Shown here one piece after another: positions 56,637 to 64,000 of a DNA stretch of 64,000 nt. The stretch's first letter is position 1. Each line of letters begins with the position of its first letter. The DNA lies in IMG/VR virus record IMGVR_UViG_3300042898_001439, positions 1 to 64,000 of that record; one strand, 5' to 3'. The notes beneath the pieces are model-generated. The model was not told where the DNA came from, searched no databases, and was given only the letters and a program-made list of their open reading frames with translations. Source of the stretch: a virus. Made by a program: the position numbers and the translations under genes.

Positions 56637-59600
56637 CGAGGTGAATATTGTACTTTAACAGTAGCCAGATTCAAAAGAATGTGATTATTTCCACTAAAGT
56701 TCTTTCTAAACATAATGTGATTATGATAGTGTCTGAACTTCTTACGCTGATGCGGATCCTTAGTATAGTCTAGGTTTACAGTATTAAGATTTCTGATATA
56801 CCCATTAGGTTCAGTATTCCAAATAGTTCTACGTACAGTACTAAACTCACCACGGTCACTGGTAATATCCCAGAACTGATTAAATCTGTACTTATTCTCT
56901 TCCTTACTGTAAAGAATATCAATATCAGCAACGTTTACTCTCGGATAGGTGAGAATTGCAGCAGAGTTATTCTTAGGAGTAAGATTAAGTTTTAGCATAC
57001 CAGAAACCTGTTCAGAGTTATGTACAACAGCTCTGTCAAAATTGAAGTCTAGAACATGGTGCGCATCAGAACAGTTCTCTCTGTATTGATAAGCTTCTAT
57101 TTGGTATTCTACACTACGAAGTGTAGTTATAGTCACCCCTGTATTAGACAGAATCTCTACTTCAAAAGGGTAATCTGTTCCATAGAAGTTATTAAAGCTT
57201 TGGCAAGTGTCATTATGCAACCACAGCTTGTTATCCTTAATTGAGAAAAAGTGTGACTGCGAAGGAATCAAAAGATTTGGATGCCAGTCATGCAAAGAAA
57301 CCCAAGAGTTGCTTTTCAAGTCATAACTCAAAGTCCAAGAAGCTTCAGCAAAATAATTCGGATCCTGTAGGGTAACCGTTACAAGACGATTATTAGCAAG
57401 AGCAAACTGATTATCTCTAACATGCACAAGTTGTCCTTTAAACTCTGGACGAAGCATGTAGTCTTTCTTACTGAAGTATACAAGCTCCTCAGTACTATCA
57501 AAGATTACCGATGTTCCAACACCGTTTACAGAGTTATCAGTAAGCGGAAAATCCGGAAAGTCTTCAAGAATCATAAACGGCATGTAACGTGATAACCACC
57601 ATTTCATACCAGTTCTTGAAATCTCTTTTAACCCTTCAGAATACTGGAAAATCTTACCTTGTTTAGATGACATCCAGAATACACCGTATGGTGTAGATGT
57701 TGACCCAAACGTGCTTTGACAAGTACCATATTCATATCCTGAATCAGCAGCAAGCAAAGCTTGTGGTGCTCTGTCAAATACCTCAGCGTCACCCACAGAT
57801 ATCTTAGTACCCAAATCCAACTGAAGAGTATCCTGAGCTAAGAATCTCAAAGGCGGATGATTCTCCTGAAGAATTAAGAACGTTCCGTCAACATTGATCT
57901 TAATATTAGCAACACGGCTATCAAAATCATAAACATTATTAGTTAAGAAAACTTTCCAAGGATCTTTAATCTGCGTACTACTTGTAGACGGTAAAGAATA
58001 AATAGCTTTTGTAGGGTAGTAAATCTCACAATCTTCTGCTGTTACCGGATTGTAGTAGCGAGCTTGAAGAATAGAGTGAGTATACTTTTGAGTTGGGAAG
58101 TTAGAGATATTAAGAGTAAGGTCATACTTGTAGTAGTTACCAGTAGTAATAATCTTAATATCAAACAGATCTTCTAGTCTTGTGTATTCTTTATGATCAT
58201 AGTGACGAGTTTCAGGTCTATCATCATGATCTCTATGTGCAGTATTAAACTCAGACTCTACAAAGAAGTCTTTAATACCAGAGCTAAACAAGTAGATGTA
58301 ACCGTATCTAATTCCAAAACCTATACTATTAACTAGACTTCTATTCATGTCTAAGTTATGAAGATTCGAGGGAAGAGTTGCTGCATCAGGAATAGTTTCT
58401 CTATTCTGTTGTGCAATGCTACTACTAAACAATCCTGAAACCCAGTTAGATATATTGTCACCGATTCCAGTAAAGAACTCTTCAAGCTCCCATCTTTCTG
58501 TGTTCATCCAATATGTTGGGAACGGAACGTTAATATACTTTGTATAGTCATATACGGTTCCGTCTGGCTGATCTGTCATCCAGTTATTAAAAAAGAACAT
58601 TGTATTCTTCTCTGTATAACGGTTGATGTAAATGTCACCACCAAATACTAATGGAGAAGTAAACTTCTGTCCATTTTGTACAAATCCAGGAATTACAAAT
58701 CTGCAACCAGTTGGAAGAATAATAGTACTATCAATCTGACCATATTGATTCTCGTAATCAATCTTCATTGCACCATAGTGCGAAGAAATATTACGAACCT
58801 TTTCATCAAATGGATTCTTCCAAGAACGTGATTCTCCAACAGTGTAACGAGAATCATCTACAATAGTAGGATGCTGTAGATCACTACCAGTTTTAAATAC
58901 TACAGTTCTAGTTCTGTAAAGGTTATTCACAGAAATCCTATTTTCAAACTGTTGAAGCTGAGGATATACATAAGCAGATTCTGAAATCAACCTACGGGTA
59001 TTACCTACCGGTGCCTTCTTAAACTGATTATAAAACCCATAAGCAACATGTTGTAAAGCATGCTGTCTGTACTGAAGAAAATCATAAAACTTATCAAGGT
59101 AATCATTTGTACCCTCAGTTAGTCCTTGAATAATGGCAGGAATAGCTGCTGCAAATCTCAAAGGTTGAGGTAAATCATTAAGATCGGAACTTTCAATATT
59201 TTGTGTTAAAAAACCAAGTGATGCCCATTGAGCAGCACCTGAAGGATCAAGCAAAGTGCCAAGTGTAGTAGCCCATCTATCAAGAGTTCCTGCAGAGGGA
59301 GGAAGAAGTCCACCTCTTATTATACTTGGAATATTTGGTAATGTAAATGTTCTTTGACCTCTTAAGTGTTTATCCAACTTGCCAAGACCTAAAAGCAAAG
59401 AAACCAAAGCTGTAAGGTTTCTAATAATTACATGCTTGGGGTGCTCACTTGGTTCAATGAACTTACCTTTTGCTTTACCGTATGCTTCACCATAAACCTT
59501 AAGTTCTGTAGCGGACAAGAACGTTTTGTTAAAACCAAACTCAGGTGAGTGAAAAGAAAAGTATCTCTTGTTATTCTTATAGGTATCTAGCTCTTCAACC

Positions 59601-61336
59601 TGGTGGTTGTTAAGTGCGGTTCCACCCTTTACAAAGTTTGTAGAAAGGAACGGATCTTTTCTTAGATCATTAAATGGATAGTTTGTAAAAAGAATAGTTT
59701 GATCATCTTCTTCTCTCTCACCAGGCAACTGGTAAGTACCCATGTTATTAATGAGACCCTTGGCAAGAATAGTTTTATTACCAAGTCTTGATCCTCTAAG
59801 AATCTCATACCCTACAATAGAAGTAATACGATTACCATCATTATCTACAGGAACGGTAATATTGGTAAAGTCAATACCAAGAACTACAATCTTAGTTCCA
59901 TCAGTATTATGTCTAGGAATCAACCCATCATCTGGAAACTTGTGATGTCTAATAGGTTTACCACACAATTCAGCCCAACGTTCTGGTTTGTTATCAGGAT
60001 ATCTTTCTGTAGATTCCCAGTAACCCATCTCACCTCTTCCAATAATCTTACCTCCATCAGAGAGTAATTCTGTCTGTGCAGAAGTAATTGTAGCAGTATT
60101 GTAGTTCTGCCAACGCTTACTCTTATTAGAATAAATTACGTCATTACCAACAACATTCTCTAAATCAGATGGTAATGCAGCTCTTCCAGGAATATGGTAT
60201 GCAAGTGATCTTTCACCTGTATTGTAAACCCAGCGAATAAAGAAGGCATATTGCTCATCACGCATGTAACCACGGTTACTACCATTCTGATAGTAATCTG
60301 CTGGATACTCTACAGCAACCCATCTGCTCTTAATTTTATTTGCTTGAGACTGATAGTTGAAGTTAAAACGCTCATATACCCCTGTTCTAATAAGATAGTT
60401 TCCGGTTGGAAACATTGTATCAGACTTCTCATATACAGCATTAAGAATAGGAATTCTAGACAGCTCAACAGTTACAAGAGAAATTGCAACATTATCAACA
60501 CTAATGATATTCTGATTTGTACTATAGTAACCTAAGATCTTAGCATCAGCTTGTAAAGTCTTAGTATTACTAATAATTACAAGTTCGTATTCTTCAAAAG
60601 CTTCTGTCTCTAAACCTGTAATCTTAATCTCAAAAGAACCGTTTGCATTATCATGATCAAACAATGATAAAACATTAGACAAAGCAATATAGTCTGTTAC
60701 TCGTTGTCCGTTGATTGAGTAGGCGATGGCCGCTTGATATGAGCCATTATATAAAGTGCCAGCATTGTCTCCTCTTCCCATTGAAATACATGGTACTTTA
60801 AAGAGAGGAGCCAAACGTAAGGCTTCACAATTGAGTTCATCTGTTGGGGTATTTACCACACAGTCATTAACTACAGTTCTTGTAGTTATGTACGGAGGGT
60901 TATTAATATTCAGTGTGCGTGATGGATTCTTTCCATCATCCCAATAGATCTGCCTACTGCAGTCAAAGTTCTCCCTAGAGGCTCCTGTAATAAGATGATT
61001 CTTATCAAATGCTAAGCATGAGGCGTTAACAATTTTAGTATAAGTGCAAGTAGCTTCTTTAAAATAACCAATCTCACTATTGTTGTTATCCGTAGAAAAT
61101 ATTACCCACTCATCATCTGTGATATGGATTGTACCTATAACTGTGTATGGAGCTTGTGCACAGAACTTATTAGAAGGTTCATTAGATAATACACCTACAT
61201 CACCCTGAAATGAAGAGTTCACAGCATTACGTGCGTGTGACCAAGAACCATCAGGGTGAAACAGATCGGCATTATCTTTCACCATCCCCTTGTTAAAGGC
61301 AATGGGTGATGTTCCTTCTTGATTCTGTTTAGCCAT
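56633..61336 (-). CDS. tail stabilisation / muzzle protein (P22 gp10-like, crAss-type)
   Basis: 1567 aa beta-rich; N-terminal FNKGMVKD..ARNA; C-terminal WTLSYD..WVSLHDWHP..LWLHN..FYG. Confidence 0.75.
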   Translation of the reverse strand: MAKQNQEGTSPIAFNKGMVKDNADLFHPDGSWSHARNAVNSSFQGDVGVLSNEPSNKFCAQAPYTVIGTIHITDDEWVIFSTDNNNSEIGYFKEATCTYTKIVNASCLAFDKNHLITGASRENFDCSRQIYWDDGKNPSRTLNINNPPYITTRTVVNDCVVNTPTDELNCEALRLAPLFKVPCISMGRGDNAGTLYNGSYQAAIAYSINGQRVTDYIALSNVLSLFDHDNANGSFEIKITGLETEAFEEYELVIISNTKTLQADAKILGYYSTNQNIISVDNVAISLVTVELSRIPILNAVYEKSDTMFPTGNYLIRTGVYERFNFNYQSQANKIKSRWVAVEYPADYYQNGSNRGYMRDEQYAFFIRWVYNTGERSLAYHIPGRAALPSDLENVVGNDVIYSNKSKRWQNYNTATITSAQTELLSDGGKIIGRGEMGYWESTERYPDNKPERWAELCGKPIRHHKFPDDGLIPRHNTDGTKIVVLGIDFTNITVPVDNDGNRITSIVGYEILRGSRLGNKTILAKGLINNMGTYQLPGEREEDDQTILFTNYPFNDLRKDPFLSTNFVKGGTALNNHQVEELDTYKNNKRYFSFHSPEFGFNKTFLSATELKVYGEAYGKAKGKFIEPSEHPKHVIIRNLTALVSLLLGLGKLDKHLRGQRTFTLPNIPSIIRGGLLPPSAGTLDRWATTLGTLLDPSGAAQWASLGFLTQNIESSDLNDLPQPLRFAAAIPAIIQGLTEGTNDYLDKFYDFLQYRQHALQHVAYGFYNQFKKAPVGNTRRLISESAYVYPQLQQFENRISVNNLYRTRTVVFKTGSDLQHPTIVDDSRYTVGESRSWKNPFDEKVRNISSHYGAMKIDYENQYGQIDSTIILPTGCRFVIPGFVQNGQKFTSPLVFGGDIYINRYTEKNTMFFFNNWMTDQPDGTVYDYTKYINVPFPTYWMNTERWELEEFFTGIGDNISNWVSGLFSSSIAQQNRETIPDAATLPSNLHNLDMNRSLVNSIGFGIRYGYIYLFSSGIKDFFVESEFNTAHRDHDDRPETRHYDHKEYTRLEDLFDIKIITTGNYYKYDLTLNISNFPTQKYTHSILQARYYNPVTAEDCEIYYPTKAIYSLPSTSSTQIKDPWKVFLTNNVYDFDSRVANIKINVDGTFLILQENHPPLRFLAQDTLQLDLGTKISVGDAEVFDRAPQALLAADSGYEYGTCQSTFGSTSTPYGVFWMSSKQGKIFQYSEGLKEISRTGMKWWLSRYMPFMILEDFPDFPLTDNSVNGVGTSVIFDSTEELVYFSKKDYMLRPEFKGQLVHVRDNQFALANNRLVTVTLQDPNYFAEASWTLSYDLKSNSWVSLHDWHPNLLIPSQSHFFSIKDNKLWLHNDTCQSFNNFYGTDYPFEVEILSNTGVTITTLRSVEYQIEAYQYRENCSDAHHVLDFNFDRAVVHNSEQVSGMLKLNLTPKNNSAAILTYPRVNVADIDILYSKEENKYRFNQFWDITSDRGEFSTVRRTIWNTEPNGYIRNLNTVNLDYTKDPHQRKKFRHYHNHIMFRKNFSGNNHILLNLATVKVQYSPR

Positions 61337-61353
61337 TTTTTATTTCTTTAGTA

Positions 61354-62217
61354 CTATACAGTCGGATAAGACTTAAACATATCTACGTACTTATGGTATT
61401 GTGCTTTACGGTTAACCTCCCAAAGCTTTTTCATCTCTGCAAAATCGGGGGTATTAACAATAGACAAAGCATTGTTTCTAGAACCTCTAAGACGTTGTTC
61501 TACAAGTGTAAGCTTCTGAACTACATCTTCACCGTTAATGTACATGTTCTCAAGAATGCGCTGCTTAATTGCATATTCATAGTATTCATTGATCATAGGA
61601 TGATCCATAACCTGAAGCTCACCGTTCTCATCTTCAAGAGCTCCTTGGTAGTTTATATAAAGCTTACCCGTCTGAAAGCTGGTATAAATAAACCCGCCAC
61701 GGATGTCTGCTTGATATTGTGCACTCCAACGTGTATTAGGACAATCTCCACTTACTGAACTAGAAGGTTTAATTCTTAGTGTCTGTAAACATTCATAAGT
61801 AACGGTCTTTGTTTTAAACTTTTGAATGAGCTGGTAGTAGTTACCACAATCAGATTGACAAACAGAGGTATTTACCGGACAATCATTAGCATCAAGCTCA
61901 ACTAAATTTGCATCAAGAATAACATCTTCAATATGAGTACCGGATAATACAGGCTCTAACCAAGTAGCTTTACTTGCAAGAAGAGCAAAGTTTAAAGTAT
62001 AAAAGTCTGACGGTAGTTTTGCTTTACCATGCTCAACATCAATAACAACTTCTTTCTGCTGATGAATTCTAAGACCAAGATCATAGTTTACTCTCAAAGC
62101 AACTTTAATAAGCTGCTGAGGCTCAATCATACCTTCAAGAGCATATGAGCTAAAGTCAACTGTTACATCCTCAAGCAGTTGATCAAATGAACGGTATTTA
62201 ACTGTGTACTGTGCCAT
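61354..62217 (-). CDS. tail ring / tubular protein (P22 gp4-like)
   Basis: IYTSFQTGKLYINYQG..DENGEL..DHP..EYYEYAIK pattern; directly upstream of the muzzle gene. Confidence 0.65.
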   Translation of the reverse strand: MAQYTVKYRSFDQLLEDVTVDFSSYALEGMIEPQQLIKVALRVNYDLGLRIHQQKEVVIDVEHGKAKLPSDFYTLNFALLASKATWLEPVLSGTHIEDVILDANLVELDANDCPVNTSVCQSDCGNYYQLIQKFKTKTVTYECLQTLRIKPSSSVSGDCPNTRWSAQYQADIRGGFIYTSFQTGKLYINYQGALEDENGELQVMDHPMINEYYEYAIKQRILENMYINGEDVVQKLTLVEQRLRGSRNNALSIVNTPDFAEMKKLWEVNRKAQYHKYVDMFKSYPTV

Positions 62218-62888
62218 TATCTAAGAACGTTTAATTTATCATCACTCATATCAGCAGGTACGCTAGCTTGAGCAGCCAAGTCTTTCAAGACCATTGCTTC
62301 AATCTCAGCAAACAGAAAATCCGGAACATTAAAAGGTTGATGATGTCTTGGATCACAATCATCTTTAGGATCACAATTCCACTTAGTGATATCTCCTTCA
62401 AATACACCCTCAATCAAAATAGCATCCCAATCAATATTAGGCATGTATAGATAACCGTTAAGAAACCAATAGTACTTAGTTGTATTGTACTTAAAAGAAC
62501 TTGTTTTAGTCATAGACGTAAAAGTTCCCGGCATAGTAGGTTGCAACTCAATAGAGCCATCAATAGAACTTACAGTTCTAATAACAGGCCCCCAGTAACC
62601 CTGCATAAAACTAGGAAGCTTTTCCTTAGTACGTTTAATTGTAATACCACTCTTTACACCAGAGCAGTGAGCTTCTACCTTGTCTACTTCAATAAGTTCT
62701 ACAAATGGTAAAGTTTGAAACACACTGTTGAACTTCATCAGTTTATTTGTAGAGTCCTGACGACGCATGTATACAGCAGCGTATTTCAAAATAAGACTGT
62801 AGATATATCTATCAGTCAGAAAAGGATCCTGTTTGGATCCTTTCATCAGGTTTCTAACTCTAGAAACAACTTCTTTAATTGTAGTCAT
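62217..62888 (-). CDS. tail ring protein
   Basis: TIKEVVSRVR, IKRTKEKLP, YYWFLNGYLY and IEGVFE; position among the tail genes. Confidence 0.6.
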   Translation of the reverse strand: MTTIKEVVSRVRNLMKGSKQDPFLTDRYIYSLILKYAAVYMRRQDSTNKLMKFNSVFQTLPFVELIEVDKVEAHCSGVKSGITIKRTKEKLPSFMQGYWGPVIRTVSSIDGSIELQPTMPGTFTSMTKTSSFKYNTTKYYWFLNGYLYMPNIDWDAILIEGVFEGDITKWNCDPKDDCDPRHHQPFNVPDFLFAEIEAMVLKDLAAQASVPADMSDDKLNVLR

Positions 62889-62898
62889 AAGACTTGGT

Positions 62899-63480
62899 TT
62901 AATCTATCTGAAACTCATCGTACATCTCTAATAGTTCGGGTAATTTTTTTTCATCATAAAACTTATGATTCATTTTCCTATACAAATGTGATATCTTAGA
63001 AAGGTTATCAATGACGATATATCTTTCCCAGTTATCTACATATGCTTTAGAAACTGAACGTTTAAACTGCCTTACAGCACCAAAAGTCCATACCTCTCTA
63101 TTAGCAAACCTATACTTGGAAGGATAGTTAGTGTAGAAGATCTTGCAAATTCTGTTATTGGTGGCCCAGTTCATGTGAGTAATTGATACTCCCATTTCTG
63201 CTGATTTGGCCGGATCAGGGTTTTCACTTTTTGAAGTGGCTGTTCCAATGAACAAAAACCCTAAACCTTCAGGAAGTTCAACACCTTCCCTCTCATCAAT
63301 AACCATTTGCCAAAGAACACCGTTGTAAGTCTCAATAATACTCTTAAGTTTCTTATTGTCTATTTCAGAATACCGTGGGTATTTTGTTTTAAAGTCTTCT
63401 AAGAAGCTAATGTTTAAAATATTATGTGTTGTCTTTCTATAACGTGGTCCTTTTAAATCTGGTTTTCTATACTTCCTCAT
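62899..63480 (-). CDS. IHF/HU-like DNA-binding protein
   Basis: IIETYNGVLWQMVIDEREGVELPEGLGFLFI resembles the HU/IHF core; IHF-like genes beside tail genes are typical of crAss-like phages. Confidence 0.6.
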   Translation of the reverse strand: MRKYRKPDLKGPRYRKTTHNILNISFLEDFKTKYPRYSEIDNKKLKSIIETYNGVLWQMVIDEREGVELPEGLGFLFIGTATSKSENPDPAKSAEMGVSITHMNWATNNRICKIFYTNYPSKYRFANREVWTFGAVRQFKRSVSKAYVDNWERYIVIDNLSKISHLYRKMNHKFYDEKKLPELLEMYDEFQID

Positions 63481-63487
63481 ATAGGTA

Positions 63488-63510
63488 CACTATAATTTAC
63501 ATAAAAAAGC
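63488..63510 (-). promoter_or_regulatory. putative late promoter
   Basis: Minus strand GCTTTTTTATGTAAATTATAGTG, with TTGG further upstream. Confidence 0.45.
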
Positions 63511-63525
63511 TGGAAGAACCAACCA

Positions 63526-63999
63526 TTAATCTTTACTAATGTGGCAGATTTCTCCAGCTTTACCATCATATTTTTCATGAATGTCCATGATTGCTGATCT
63601 CTTGCTACCAACAAACTTATTATGATAGTGCCAATAATCAGTTCTAGAAAGACTCGGCATGATCTTTATAGCAAATCCATGAATCTCATTCTCTGAAACA
63701 AAGGAGGTTGTTTTCTTCATGTGATAGTGACCTGTGTACAATGTTCTATACTTTGTAACTCCCCAATCTTGTGGAAACTCAAACGCATAAACCATAGGGG
63801 CATTCTTAGTATTTACATCCCCATGCTCAAAAGCAAAGAAGTTGTCACCCCAGATAATTACTTTTCTTTCAGAATACTCAACATTAAAAGTGATGGTAGG
63901 CAAATCAATAGCTTTAGAAAGAGCATGCGCTAAATGGTAAGAGCTTAGTCTATCATGATTACCCGGAACATATACAACTTCAAGATCACTAGTAATAGT
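63526..63999 (-). CDS. calcineurin-like metallophosphoesterase, 3' part (runs off the window)
   Basis: In-frame extension upstream of the track ORF gives VYVPGNHD; FEHGD and TGHYH motifs follow. Confidence 0.8.
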   Translation of the reverse strand, partial: TITSDLEVVYVPGNHDRLSSYHLAHALSKAIDLPTITFNVEYSERKVIIWGDNFFAFEHGDVNTKNAPMVYAFEFPQDWGVTKYRTLYTGHYHMKKTTSFVSENEIHGFAIKIMPSLSRTDYWHYHNKFVGSKRSAIMDIHEKYDGKAGEICHISKD

Positions 64000-64000
64000 T

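Noticed and set aside
29673-62999. Numerous 60-130 aa + strand ORFs within the late genes
   Set aside because: Antisense to long coding genes, often with non-ATG starts and non-protein-like composition
1-64000. Stop-codon reassignment (TAG/TGA), common in crAss-like phages
   Set aside because: Very long ORFs are intact under code 11 and genes tile tightly, so there is no sign of recoding
1-64000. tRNA genes, CRISPR array, DGR/reverse transcriptase, integrase or transposase
   Set aside because: No cloverleaf/T-loop, repeat-spacer pattern or corresponding protein motifs were seen by eye

Overview
This window is part of a crAss-like (Crassvirales-type) podophage genome. The host is probably Bacteroidota, inferred from a T9SS C-terminal domain, Gln+1 signal peptides and TAnnTT-type promoters. 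The standard genetic code gives intact ORFs throughout. Positions 1-19.3 kb (mostly + strand) hold the replication/early-middle module: HNH nuclease, SF2 helicase, UNG, DnaB-like helicase, Sak4-like ATPase, SSB-like protein, primase, RusA-like resolvase, a vWA-metallopeptidase/MoxR-AAA cluster, a PD-(D/E)XK nuclease and family B DNA polymerase. A small minus-strand lysis cassette is inserted in this module. Positions 19.4-64 kb (minus strand) hold late genes: PhoH, GH19 endolysin and holin, a 7-gene exported-protein cluster, giant virion/ejected proteins including a single-chain virion RNA polymerase, modular cargo proteins, tail muzzle and ring proteins and an IHF-like protein. The four most notable observations are: (1) four consecutive giant virion proteins (about 6,050 aa) whose only cysteines sit at the facing N- and C-termini, suggesting a head-to-tail disulfide chain; (2) a phage-encoded cell-surface assembly cluster (cohesin-dockerin T9SS cargo, two beta-barrels, CsgG-like lipoprotein); (3) two candidate structured ncRNAs; (4) cargo proteins built from modules separated by a repeated hydrophobic-x-x-GG motif. 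All family assignments come from motifs recognised by eye; no searches were run.
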